From NCBI GenBank assembly GCA_951406725.2, contig OX597817.1:47864001-47928000 (forward strand): a DNA stretch of 64,000 bases. Direction: 5' to 3'. Made by a program: the position numbers and the translations under genes. How positions within the stretch are numbered: the first letter of the stretch is position 1; every line of letters begins with the position of its first letter. Origin of the DNA: Octopus vulgaris. Lineage: Eukaryota. This document shows, one piece after another, positions 51,128 to 63,415 of the stretch. Below the pieces are notes generated by a model that was given only the letters and a program-made list of their open reading frames with translations, did not search any database and was not told where the DNA came from.

Positions 51128-52119
51128 GTTGTAGCACTGGCCTAGATGTGAGAGTAGTTTCTGTCTCCCAAATTCACTTACAAAAGTTGGTCAGCCTTTT
51201 GTTACAGAAGTCACCTGCCCAAAGTGGTGCGCAGTGAGAATGACCCCAAAACCACTTGATTATGAAGCAAACTTCTTAACCACATTACCATGCTTTTCTA
51301 GAAAATATTTACACATTAAAAAAAGACAAAACGAAAAAAAAAAAGTCTGAGGCTTTTGAATAAATGAACACCTTGTGTAGTATTTGTTCTGCCCAAGTTG
51401 TATAAAGTCTCTTATCACTGTTGCCCACTTAAATGTAATGAATAACCAATGGCACTATTGTTTTCAAAAGGATACACGTGTGTGTATACACATACACACA
51501 CATGCACGCATATGCATATAGTAAAGTCCCTCTTATCTGGTACTCAAATAGTCAAAACTTTCAAGCAACCAGGGCCCCAGAAAAAAAAAAAAAGAATAAA
51601 GGAAGGTATTGTTAAATAATCAAGAGATTTGTGCTAATTTGTGTTAATGATCATTAATATATTTTTAAAAATGTTTCTATTGTATCTAAAATAAATTGTT
51701 TCTTCTCAATGAACAATAAAGTTTTTTTTTATTTTACAGTATTTCCAAAACTTGTATTTTATTAGTTTAATAATGAGACTGATAGAATAAGTACTAGGTT
51801 TACAAAGAATAAGTCCTGGGGTCGGTTTGTTTGACTAAAGGTGGTGCTCCATCATGGCCATATGACTGAAACAAAAGAATACACACACACACATGCATGC
51901 ACCCACATTCTTTTATTCTTTTACTTGTTTCAGTCATTTGACTGCGGCCATGCTGGAGCACCACCTTTAGTTGAACAAATCGGCCCCAGGACTTGTTCTT
52001 TGTAAGCCAATGATGAACAACCTTAATCGATTTTTGAACCTTATTGGGTTCTCACCAGAGGCTTGTGCCATGTAAAAAGCACTCGGTCCACTCTGCAGGG
52101 TTGTTGGTGTTAGCAAGGG

Positions 52120-52620
52120 CATCCGAAGGAGCAATATCTGGTGAATATGGAGGGTGGGGTAACACATCCCAGCCGAGCTGCAGCAATTTTTGTCTGGTTC
52201 CCAAAGCATCAAGTGCCGAAAATGAACTTTCTTATCTTCCATTTTAAAGGGTTACAGAATTAACACAGGTTATAGGAACATAAACCTTCTTCCACGAAAA
52301 GTTAGCTTAACCCTTTTGTTACTGGCTCCGTGGTGAAATGTCTTGTTTACATAAGTTTTGCATCAAAATCTTCCAAGCCTTAGTCACAATTTATGTTCCT
52401 AACACTAGCTTAATGATAACTAAGTTATTTTACTAATTTTTTTTTTATATTTAAAATAATTGAAAGAAACAGAGCATCTCAAAATACAGTAACGAAAGGG
52501 TTAAAATGTGCTCTAAATAGAGGTGTAGTCAAATCCTGTTTTATGGACTCAACCATTTTCTAAAATAAGTCAAAAGGTAAGCTACTATAAATCGGCACGA
52601 ACTTTCCGGACAACCCAATA
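52120..52620 (-). mobile_element. Internally deleted mariner containing a nested piggyBac MITE (52311-52500)
   Basis: MEDKKVHFRHLMLW fused to WDVLPHPPYSPDIAPSD; TIR ..actttccggacaacccaata; nested TTAA|CCCTTT..AAAGGG|TTAA. Confidence 0.8.
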
Positions 52621-53024
52621 CCTTGGTTATGTAATGAAAAAAAAAAAAGAAACAAAGCCAAGCCAAACTGGCCTCTCATGGTATTTAACTTGGCTGAACA
52701 TGGTACTGTATAGGAAAAAAAAAAAAGTGTTATATGACCTTGTGAGATATTCACTAATTATGTCATTTATTGTACTTTTTTTTGGAGAAAAAAACATTCA
52801 GTGGGACATTTTCTAAAATGCAATTAAGTTGTGAATGGTGGCTTAATGAATGAGACTGTTCTAATTAGACTTATCTTTTCTCGTTTGTTGAATGCAGTTG
52901 TTTGCTGTGTTATATTTGAAACACTTTAATGTTTAAATTTTTGCATTGTTTTTTTTTCCTTTTTTTTTGTTTTGTATTTTTTAATTCAGCTATTAATTAA
53001 AACTGGTGCTTCTTGCGTTCCATA

Positions 53025-53422
53025 TCTTTTACCGTTTACTTGTTTCAGTCATTTGACTGTAGACATGCTGGAGCACCACCTTTAGTCAAGCAAATCGACC
53101 CCAGAGCTTATTCTTTGTAAGCCTAGTACTTATTCTATCGGTCTCTTTTGCCAAACCACTAAGTTACGGGGATGTAAACAAAAAGCATCAGTTGTCAAGC
53201 GATGTTTGGGGTACTAACACAGACACACAAACATACACATACATACATATATATATATATGCGACAGGCTTCTTCCAGTTTCCATCAACCAAATCCACTC
53301 ACAAGGCTTTGGTCGGCCCGAGGCTATAGTAGAAGACACTTGCCCAAGGTGCCATGCATTGGGATTGAACCTGGGACCATGTGGTTGGTAAGCAAGCGTA
53401 ACAGACAGCTACTCTTGCACCT
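53025..53422 (-). mobile_element. SINE family A, full length
   Basis: Match to the family. Confidence 0.88.
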
Positions 53423-54977
53423 ATGAACTTATATTTCTCTTCTTCCATATTAGTGAGGGTTATCTATCTATCTATCTATCTATCCATTTTCTCTACTCAC
53501 TATTCCTGGGAAGAACTTGAGAGTAGGGTCCTTAGGTACCTCCTCCGTAGGGATCCTATCAAAAGCAACCATCATTACACATGCTGGTTGGATTCACAAA
53601 CAGCGTCACCTTACTGGCACTTGTGCACGTGCTAGTAGGGTGCCAATCCGAGTGTGATCGTTGCCAGAGCAGTCAACTGGCTTCCGTACCCGTGGCACGT
53701 AAAAGGGCACCATTCGAGCGTGATCGTTACCAACGTCGCTTCACTGCCGCCTGTGGCATGTGTAAAAAGATTCTTGCGAGGTCGTTGCCAGTACCGCCTG
53801 ACTGGCCCCTATGCCGGTGGCACGTAAAAAGCACCACTACACTCTTGGAGTGGTTGGCGTTAGGAAGGGCATCCAGCTGTAGAAACTCTGCCAAATCAAG
53901 ACTGGAGCCTGGTGCAGCCATCTGGTTCGCCAGCCCTGTCAAAATCGTCCAACCCATGTTAGCATGGAAAGCGGACGTTAAACGATGATGATGTCCACTC
54001 GAGACTCTGCATATTATCCAATCCTTCTTGTTCTTGGCATACTCTTAGGTTTCCTGCTGATTCACTCTGATTGTTAAAGCCATTTTATGATTCTTTCTTG
54101 TGAGATTCTAACCAAATGTCCACAGAACGAAAGCTGTGACGTCTTTAAGACTGGCTCCACCTGGAGACACTCCCTGATCTTTGAGTTACACATCCTGTTG
54201 AATAACATTAATGCAAAGATTTAAGGTACTGAATTGGCAGAACCATTAGCATCATCATCATCGTTTAACATCCTTTTTCCATGCTAGCATGGGTTGGACG
54301 GTTTGACCAGGGTCTGGGAAGCCAGGACGCTGCACCAGGCTCCAGTCTGATCTGGCAGTGTTTCTAGAGCTGGATGCCTTTCCTAATGCCAACCACTCAG
54401 TGAGTGTAGTCGGTGATTTTTACATGCCACCAGCACAGGGGCCAGGGGAGGCTAGCAAACGGCCACGATTGGTTGGTGCTTTTACGTGTCACCGACACAA
54501 ACGCCAGTCAGGCGGCGCTGGCATCTGTCATGTTCGGATGGTGCTTTTTACATGTCACCGGCACAGGTATCTTAACTACAATTTCCATTTGATTTTTATT
54601 TTGATGTTGGTGTTAACGTACTTGATTCAATAGATCTCCTCAAGAACAGCGGGTCACTCTACGATCTAAGGTTAGCACAACAGGCCGTCCTGCGAGCCAC
54701 AAACTCACTTCATTTGTCGGGTCTTCAATGAAGTGAGTTCGTGATGCAAAATTCTTAGCAGCTTTACGTCTGTCTTAAAGTTCTGAGTTCAAATTCCACC
54801 GAGGTCAACTTTGAGTTTCATCCTTTCAGGGCCGATAAAGTAAGCACCAGTTGAAGAGGGGAAGGGCTTATCTCCAACCAAAATCGTTTCCTATATATCC
54901 ACTATCTGTTTTACCCATCTTTTTTTTTTTGTACCAGAAGGTTTAAGAATGTTTTTATTTTTTATATTTTTTTTTAG

Positions 54978-55095
54978 CCATCCTTCATCATGCAGTTCAG
55001 CGGCAGAAATTATGTCCGTTTTGTTCTTCCATACTATGAAGTACGACATCAAGAATCCTCGAGGAGCTTCAAATGACAGATTTATCCTCTCAAAA
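54978..55095 (+). CDS. TKT: Transketolase coding exon 2 (118 nt)
   Basis: tttttAG| (G)[39 protein letters not shown] |GTAACT; phase matches exon 1. Confidence 0.96.
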
Positions 55096-55252
55096 GTAAC
55101 TAAAAATTTACCTTTTTTTGTTGTATATTTTAAAATTTTAATTAATTACTTGATTTATCATAAGTGGGACCATTTGACTGAACACAGAATCATTTCTAAT
55201 GCCTTGAAGCCAAATAATTGTCAATGTATGGATAAAAAAAATAATTGAGCCC

Positions 55253-55493
55253 TTTTTAAAGCCTAGCCAGGCTCATGGGCCCGGTCTCCCAGTTTCTATG
55301 GCATATGTGTTCCCCTGCTGGACATGACACCAGTCCATCACAGCGTTACTTATTTTTGCCAGCTGAGTGGACTGGAGTAACATGAAATGAAGTGTTTTGC
55401 TCAAGAACACAACACGTCGCCTGGTCCAGGAATTGAAACCACAATCTTACGATCATGGTGCTGACACCCTAACAACTAAACCACGCGCCTCCA
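55253..55493 (-). mobile_element. SINE family E
   Basis: tRNA-like head gtggaggcgcgtgg.ttag.tgttagggtgtcagc..ggtttc.attcctggacc; second copy 62979-63220, degenerate copy about 50540-50725. Confidence 0.8.
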
Positions 55494-55743
55494 CCCATGT
55501 ACGGTTACAACATTGTAGAGGGTTTGCTACCATGCTACACGACTCTTCTATTCAAACCAGTTGCTTACTCATCATCATCATCATCATGTCTGCTTTCCTT
55601 GCTGGCTTGAGTTGGATGGTTTGACAAGAGCTGCCATATCAGGAGCTACACCTGGTCCCATTGTTTGTTTTTGGCATGGTTTTTATAGTTGAATGCTCTT
55701 CCTAATGCCAACTACTTCACAGAGTGTATTGGATGCTATTTAT

Positions 55744-56800
55744 GTGGTATTAGCCTGGGTGCTTTTACATGGTATTAGCCTGGGTGCTTTTACGTGGTAT
55801 TAGCCTGGGTGCTTTTACGTGTTATTAGCCTGGGTGCTTTTACGTGGTATTAGCCTGGGTGCTTTTACGTGGTATTAGCCTGGGTGCTTTTACGTGGTGT
55901 TAGCCTGGGTGCTTTTACGTGGTGTTAGCCTGGGTGCTTTTACGTGGTGTTAGCCTGGGTGCTTTTACGTGGTGTTAGCCTGGGTGCTTTTACGTGGTAT
56001 TAGCCTGGGTGCTTTTACGTGGTATTAGCCTGGGTGCTTTTACGTGGTATTAGCCTGGGTGCTTTTACGTGGTGTTAGCCTGGGTGCTTTTACGTGGTGT
56101 TAGCCTGGGTGCTTTTACGTGGTGTTAGCCTGGGTGCTTTTACGTGGAATTAGCCTGGGTGCTTTTACGTGGTATTAGCCTGGGTGCTTTTACGTGGTAT
56201 TAGCCTGGATGCTTTTACGTGGTATTAGCCTGGATGCTTTTACGTGGTATTAGCCTGGGTGCTTTTACGTGGTATTAGCCTGGGTGCTTTTACGTGGTAT
56301 TAGCCTGGGTGCTTTTACGTGGTATTAGCCTGGATGCTTTTACGTGGTATTAGCCTGGGTGCTTTTACGTGGTATTAGCCTGGGTGCTTTTACGTGGTAT
56401 TAGCCTGGGTGCTTTTACGTGGTATTAGCCTGGGTGCTTTTACGTGGTATTAGCCTGGATGCTTTTACGTGGTATTAGCCTGGATGCTTTTACGTGGTAT
56501 TAGCCTGGGTGCTTTTACGTGGTATTAGCCTGGGTGCTTTTACGTGGTATTAGCCTGGGTGCTTTTACGTGGTATTAGCCTGGATGCTTTTACGTGGTAT
56601 TAGCCTGGGTGCTTTTACGTGGTATTAGCCTGGGTGCTTTTACGTGGTATTAGCCTGGGTGCTTTTACGTGGTATTAGCCTGGGTGCTTTTACGTGGTAT
56701 TTGCCTGGGTGCTTTTACGTGGTATTAGCCTGGGGGCCTTTTACGCAGTGTTAGCCTGGGTGCCTTTAAACGTGGTGCCAGCTAGGGTGCTTTTTATGTG
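55744..56800. repeat. 25-bp minisatellite, about 41-42 units, in TKT intron 2
   Basis: Unit gtggtattagcctgggtgcttttac with tat/tgt and ggg/gga variants in runs; grows out of an RTE 3' UTR copy. Confidence 0.97.
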
Positions 56801-57243
56801 GTGTCAAAGGATCACAACTAATGGTTAGGTGCTGTGCTAGGAATGACCCCCCCCTCCTCTACCCCAAGCAAGTGTACAAATGTGGTAGTAATGATGATGG
56901 GGTTAATATGGAAAAATCCATGTTGATAACTTTTATTTAAAGGATGATACAATAATTAAATCTCGTGACAGACTGCTACTGAGTATGTTTTTCTTCCATG
57001 ATTTTTCTTAAAAGTGCAATGTTAATTAGTTCTCACGAGTCATTTTGTATTCACAGCTTAATGCTCCTGCTTTTTGTGTAAAACAATTTGGACAATTTGT
57101 TAATCCATGGCTCCCTGGTGTTCTTTGATACTAAAAACCACCCATTAAAATGCTCAATCATAGATTTAGAGAAGCATCTTCCATTAAGATGTTCCAAAAT
57201 AGCAACTGAATTGTTGAGAGAAGTTGGATTAGCTTCTATGAGT

Positions 57244-57463
57244 TTCTCTTTTACTCTTTTACTTGTTTCAGTCATTTGACTTGCGGCCATGCTGGAGCAC
57301 CGCCTTTAGTCGAGCAAATCAACCCCAGAACTTATTCTTTGTAAGCCTAGTACTTATTCTATCGGTCTCTTTTGCCGAACTGCTAAGTTATGGGGACATA
57401 AACACACTACCATCAGTTGTCAAGCGATGTTGGGGGAGACAAACATATACACACACATATATA

Positions 57464-57510
<47 letters not shown>

Positions 57511-57667
57511 GGCTTCTTTCAGTTTCCGTCTACCACATCCACTCAAGGATTTGGTCGGCCCGAGGCTATAGTAGAAGACACTTGCCCAAGGTGCCACTCA
57601 GTGGGAATGAACCCGGATCCATGTGGTTGGTAAGCAAGCTATTTACCACACAGCCACTCCTGCGCCT
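57244..57667 (-). mobile_element. SINE family A, full length
   Basis: Match to the family. Confidence 0.9.
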
Positions 57668-57944
57668 ATATCATCATCATCATCATCATCATCATCATTT
57701 AACATCTGTTTTCCATGCTAGCATAGGTTGGATGGTTCGACCGGGCCTTGGAAACCAGGAGGCTGCACCAGGCTCCAGTCTACTCTGGCAATGTTTCTAC
57801 AGCTGGATGCCCTTCCTAAATTATATAAATTTATATAATTTTTTTATTTTCAAAATTGAAACACAAGACAGTGCATCATATTAGAAATAAGAACCATGAA
57901 ATTGTTGAAGATGTAATGGATTTTTAAAGAATTATTTCTCCTCT

Positions 57945-58359
57945 TATACTCAAGTGAGACTTGAGCTACTACAAAAAAAGAGGAGCATCTATTGGTTATG
58001 ATGCAAAGGGCTATGGAAAGATTTATGATAGGAATATCCGTATGAGGACATATCCAAAATGAGGTACTTTGAGAAAGGAATGGAGTGAACATAATTGTAG
58101 AATACCAGAAGCACAAATTCTACTGGGCTGGACATTTTGCAAGGTTCACAGACAAGTGGACCCATGTAGTTACCGAGTTGTGTCCAAGAGACTGGAACAG
58201 GTTATTTAGAAAGCTTCCAATGATGGGAAGATTTAATTAGATGATTTAGTCCAAGATGGGGCAAAAAAGGGTGCAAGCAAGAAAAAGCTGGAAGTCCATT
58301 GTGACGAGCATTGTATAACAACAGCTGATAGTCTGGTCAGTACAGGTGATACAGGTGAT
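57945..58359 (+). mobile_element. Old RTE-clade LINE 3' end, second family
   Basis: YSSET*ATTKKEE.LL..MQRAMERFMIGIS...HIQNE.L.ERNGV...K.YWAGHFARFTDKWT; tail (acaggtgat)x2. Confidence 0.85.
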
Positions 58360-58371
58360 TTCTACTCAATA

Positions 58372-58881
58372 CCATAAATCCTCGAGTATAGTCCTCCCTT
58401 CAGTATAATATGCAGGGAATTTTTAGGGGGCTGTACCTCTGAAAAATCTAAACCTTGTGTATAATAGGCACCCCTTCTCTAACTTGAGTCAAGGAGGTCT
58501 ATAATGTCCTTGGTTTGTAAAAATGTATATGGTAATGTCCTTTATTACTATTGTATATATAACATAATGCAAACGTGTAACTTTTTTGTGCATTTTGTTA
58601 GCAGAAAATAAAGAAATAACAGTAATAACGTTTAATAAATGTTGCTTACTGCAAGTTACGGATGATTCTTTTATGACATCATTGCTTACAGGCATAGCTT
58701 AAGGTATTTTCACGCCCACATCACAAAATGCGTCTGAATAAACATTGCCGGACAGCAAATAGAAACTCGGACATTGCTTAGAAAATATTTTTCATTTTTA
58801 ACCTCGTATATAGTACGCACTAGGGATTTTAACCTTTAAATTTTGGGGAAAAAAATGTGGATTATACTCGAGGATTTACAG
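58372..58881. mobile_element. Tc1/mariner-superfamily (pogo/Tigger-like) MITE
   Basis: TA|ccataaatcctcgagtatagtcc and ggattatactcgaggatttacag termini. Confidence 0.75.
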
Positions 58882-59228
58882 TCATACATGTAGGTAAAAA
58901 AGATAGTTAGAAATTTAGACATTAACCTATCGTACTTTATTTTACTGCTCTGAAGTTTTCTTAATCCTTCACTTGTACAAGAGTGTAACCCATTTGAGAG
59001 TGGTGGCCATGGTGCAGTAAATACAATGTTACCATTACTAGCTGTTTGCTTTCGTTCAGTAATTATTTAAACAGTTTTTCTTAAATTTTCCCTTTTATGA
59101 CTTTCACTTCGGGTTTATTTCAATTTATAATTAAAATAACGTTTAAATGAAACAAAAAAAAACCAAAAACATAGCCGTTGATGGATAATCATTGCTTGTA
59201 TTGAGTGTGCTTATAAAATTATTTTCAG

Positions 59229-59342
59229 GGTCATGCTGCTCCCATTTTGTATGCTGCTTGGGCAGAGGCTGGACTTTTCCCCACTGAGGACTTGTTGAAT
59301 TTGCGTAAAATTACAAGTGATCTGGAAGGTCATCCCACACCG
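59229..59342 (+). CDS. TKT: Transketolase coding exon 3 (114 nt)
   Basis: ttttcAG| [38 protein letters not shown] |GTAAGT. Confidence 0.97.
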
Positions 59343-59553
59343 GTAAGTTAACTTTTTTCCTTTTTTGCTTCATAAACTCTTTATAGAACAATAATCTTGA
59401 TATGAAAGTTAATGTACAGTTTAATAGTGTATATAATTGAGAGACAAGAGATGGTATAAAAGAAAAATGTGAACAGAAAGTTGGTTGTGATTTTGGAGAG
59501 ATTAGATTAGAGGGACAATCAAAAATAGTTTTGATAGTATGTTGTCAGCTTAA

Positions 59554-59768
59554 CCCTTTCATTACTGTATTTATTTTGAGATGTTCTGTGTTTCTTTCAA
59601 TTATTTTAAAGAATTTGAAGAATTAAGTAAAATAACTTAGTTATCATTAAGTTAGAGTTAAGAATATAAATTGGGACTAAGGTTTGGTGGAAGATTTTAA
59701 TTCAAAACTTATGAAAACAAGACATTTGTACTACAGAGCCGGTTTTAGCCAGGTTGGTAACGAAATGG
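59554..59768. mobile_element. piggyBac MITE
   Basis: TTAA|CCCTTTCATTAC ... GTAACGAAATGG|TTAA; inverted relative of 52311-52500 with the same TIRs as 35719-36792. Confidence 0.82.
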
Positions 59769-59913
59769 TTAATGTGACAGTCCCAGGAAAGGGGAAGAAT
59801 GCTATTGTTATTTAGCCTTAGGAATCACCGTTTCCTGTTGGCCTTGACACATTTCCTGTGTCCTTATGTTTTCAAAGGGGAGATAAGCACCTCCACCCAG
59901 CAAAGCCAGCAAC

Positions 59914-59952
59914 CAGAGACTAGTTTCAGAGTCATTGCTCATCATCAGTCTG
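59914..59952 (-). ncRNA. Minimal type-I hammerhead ribozyme motif in TKT intron 3 (antisense)
   Basis: CAGA-CTGATGA-T-GAG(caatga)CTC-T-GAAAC-TA-GTC-TCTG: canonical core, GUC cleavage triplet, palindromic ACTAGT stem III. Confidence 0.65.
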
Positions 59953-60523
59953 AAATTTGTGATGCAAAAATTATTTGCTTCTACCAGAAGGAATATTGGT
60001 TTCTAATTTTGGCACAAAGCCAGCAGTTTTCAGTGAGTGGGGTAAATCAAATTACATCAACCCCAGTGTTCTTCTAGTAGTTATTTCATCAACCCCAAAC
60101 GGATGAAAGGCAAAGTCGACTTCGGTGGAATTTGATCTCAGAACATAATCTGCATACGAAATACTGCTAAGTGTTTTGCCTGGTGTGCTAACGATTCTGC
60201 CAGTTTGCTGCCTTAAACAGAAGGAAGATTTACTTCATTACCTACAGGGGCCTAAACACAGAGGACAGACAAAGAGATTAAGTTGATTACATCGACCCCA
60301 GTGCTCAACTTGTACTTATTTAATTGACCCCAAAAGGATGAAAGGCAAAGTCGACCTTGGCAGAATTTGAACTCAGAACGTAACGGGCAGACGAAATACC
60401 GCTAAGTATTTCACCCAGTGTGTTGATGATTCTACCAGCTCGCTGTCCTAAGCAGAAAGAATATTGTTTAACAAAAACTCGGTTGTATGGATTTTAAGAA
60501 TTGTTCCGTTTTATCTGTTGCAG

Positions 60524-60621
60524 CGTCTGAATTTCATTGATGTTGGAACTGGCTCTCTTGGACAGGGTTTGAGTATTGCTGCTGGAATGGCATACACTGG
60601 CAAATATTTTGACAAGGCTGA
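60524..60621 (+). CDS. TKT: Transketolase coding exon 4 (98 nt)
   Basis: tgttgcAG| [32 protein letters not shown](D) |GTAAGT. Confidence 0.97.
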
Positions 60622-60752
60622 GTAAGTATGGCATTTCACTTTTTATACAGCAGTCTTTATTTAACCTCATTTTTTTTACCGTTCAAAACTTTGTTCTCTT
60701 CATAGTTTTAGCCTTACCCCATGTATATCTCACCCTAGGTTTTTCATTAAAA

Positions 60753-61199
60753 TCTCTCTCTATATAAACAGCAGTTTGTCTGTCTGTGTGTCTGTCAGGT
60801 TGTACCCTCACCCTGACCACGGCTTTCAACCGATTCTGATGAAACTTGACACACACATAGCCCAATGTCATAATTCAAAACTAACGCAGCGAAAATTTTG
60901 AAAAGTTCCCCCAGTTCTGAAAAAATCGATAAATTCGACATGGGGTCGAGAATTTAAGCTTTTCATATGCAACACATTTTCTGGGCTGTACGTGGGCTGT
61001 TCACGCGTTGGGAGGCACAATGATGTTTTCATGTTTTCGCCCAAAGGGACAGCTAGGAACATCGTATACACAGAAGTATTTGAGTGAAGAGAAGACATTG
61101 CAACCTACACATGCGCCTTCGTTCCCTAGAGGGAAAGGACTAGATTGGGATTAGTCGTTGCCTACTAGGGGCTCTTACATACCTGGGCAACGCTGCTAG
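60753..61199 (+). mobile_element. Non-autonomous Helitron-like element
   Basis: A|TCTCTCTCTATATAAA 5' end, (tgtc)n, ccgattctgatgaaactt, 3' cctgggcaacgctgCTAG|T. Confidence 0.7.
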
Positions 61200-61400
61200 T
61201 CAGCTATAAAACAGTGCGGCTTATACACGAGTAAATACGGTATATTCTTATATTAGCTTCAGTTATGGAACAGTGAGCAGTTCAGTTGATAATCCACCGC
61301 TTTCTGCTATACGTGATAATTATTTTATTGACGTTTGAAGGACAGTCGACATAAGCTTAAAGGGAAGTAACCAGGAGCAAAGAGACATAATTTACTCAAA

Positions 61401-61451
<51 letters not shown>

Positions 61452-61816
61452 TTTTTTTTTTTTTATTATGTCTGGGGAGAGTCATTCTCTTTTAGTGCCT
61501 TATTACTTAACACACACACACTGGTTCAATTTCCACTCATTTACTTTTTCTAAAATTTCCCTTGTCTTGCAGCCTCTTCAATAGTTTGCAAGAAGCAACG
61601 AAAATTTTAGAAAAATAAATAAGTAAATGAGTGGAAATCGAACGTGTGTGTGTGTGTGTATCAAATCGTCCAACCCATGCTAGCATGGAAAGCGGACGTT
61701 AAATGATGATGATTATGTCTATAGTTTTTTATATTTCTGAATAATCTTCAATTTTCATTCTATGTAAAATATTATTAAATGCATTGAGTATATTATGAAA
61801 TTTTGTCTATTTGTAG

Positions 61817-62008
61817 TTATCGCGTCTACTGTTTGATTGGAGATGGTGAAAGTGCAGAAGGTTCTATTTGGGAAGCCATGGCATTTGCTAGCTACTACAA
61901 GCTGGATAACTTAGTTGCCATTCTGGATGTCAACCGATTGGGCCAGAGTGATCCTACACCATTGCAGCATGATGTGGAAGTCTATAAAAAACGATGTGAA
62001 GCATTTGG
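61817..62008 (+). CDS. TKT: Transketolase coding exon 5 (192 nt), with the ThDP-binding motif
   Basis: ttgtAG| [63 protein letters not shown](G) |GTATGT; GDG...N motif. Confidence 0.98.
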
Positions 62009-63287
62009 GTATGTATAAAATTTCCTAAAATTTCTGGCCTTGTGCGTAGAATAGAAAATAATATTGCTCTTTCTGAAGGCGGTGAGCTGGCAGAAATGTT
62101 AGCGCGCTGGACGAAATGCTTCCCTGAGGGAAGGCCTTTCTCTCCCAGTTCTTGTTGGTTTTGAATTGTCATTGAAGCTGCAGTAACTTTGCTGTTTTTT
62201 TTTTCTTGGTAGGGCTCATGGCCCTATGCAAACCCATTTTTATCACCCATATGAGCCTGGCTTTAGCAGAATTCTGGTTTACGCACCCTATATAACCCAT
62301 CATAACCTTTTCACTTCAGGAATTTTCAGAAAATTTTTGCATGTTTGTATTCTACATGTAGGAATTCATTGGACTAGGAAAATAAGAAAAAAATGTTTTT
62401 GAAAAATTTTTGAAATCTAAAAACAAATATTGTTTTTTTTACTCCATTTAGAATATTGACAGTATGAATTTTTGGCTTAACCCTTTAGTGTTCAGATTAC
62501 TCTGTTAAATGTAATATTTTTTTACTCAAATTGTTTTTAATTAATCCTGCATTAGCTTATAGCTTTTGAGGTTTCAGTAATGTGATTGTTTATTTTTAGA
62601 ATGTCAGTGTAGATTAGATGTGAGTGGCCAGTTTGAATATAAAACATATAGAATATTTGGGCCGGATATGGCCGGTTTAAACAGCAGTAGACCATTAAGT
62701 GTGTTAATGAGGAGAAAGATATTGAAAATCATCATTACATCAGAGGGACAAACAAACAAGGTGGTTTTGAGATGTGCTAAAAATAACAGCCTTTCGGGAT
62801 TGATAAATTAAGTACCAGTTGCGTACTGGGGTCGATGTAATCGACTGGTACCCTCTCCCAAAATTTTGGGCCTTGTGCCTAGAGTAGAAAAGATTCTACA
62901 ATGCTTCAAGCAAACTCTTCTCTGTTTTTCCTTGCACCACTTTGTATATGTTGTATATAAATAAAAAAAAATGTGCTCTTTTAAATCCTAGCTAGGCTCA
63001 TGGGCCCCGGTTTCCTGGTTTCTGTGGCATATGTGTTCCCCAGCTGGATGGGACGCCAGTTCATCGCAGCGTTACTCATTTTTGCCAGCTGAGTGGACTG
63101 GAGCAATGTGAAATGAAGTGTTTTGCTCAAGAACACAGCGCGTCGCCCGGTCCAGGAATCGAAACCACAATCTTACGATCATGATGCTGACACCCTAACC
63201 ACTAAGCCACATGCTTCCACATATGTTGTATATACCTAAATAATTTTATTCTTCATTACCAACATAATAAATATTAATATTTTTCAG

Positions 63288-63415
63288 CTGGAATACTTGC
63301 ATCACTGATGGCCATGATGTTGATTCCTTGTGCAAAGTTTTCCACCAAGCTTCATTAGTTGAGGGTAAACCAACTTGCATAGTTGCTAAGACGTTTAAAG
63401 GCAAAAACATTCCTG
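63288..63415 (+). CDS. TKT: Transketolase coding exon 6 (128 nt); gene continues beyond the window
   Basis: ttttcAG| WNTCITDGHDVDSLCKVFHQASLVEGKPTCIVAKTFKGKNIP(G) |GTAAGT. Confidence 0.96.

Noticed and set aside
53994-54210. Minus-strand RTE-like peptide (NSKIRECLQVEPVL..SQL.F.GHLVR)
   Set aside because: Probably a third old RTE fragment, but boundaries are unclear and it adds nothing new.
55744-56800. CRISPR-like appearance of regular arrays (also 33329-33662 and 2871-3309)
   Set aside because: Units are contiguous with no unique spacers, no cas genes are present, and the context is eukaryotic.
60836-60850. CTGATGA hits at 60836, 14450, 25830, 26438, 3354 and near 22590
   Set aside because: No compatible stems I and II with GAAA; they lie in Helitron, Tc1 or other repeats.
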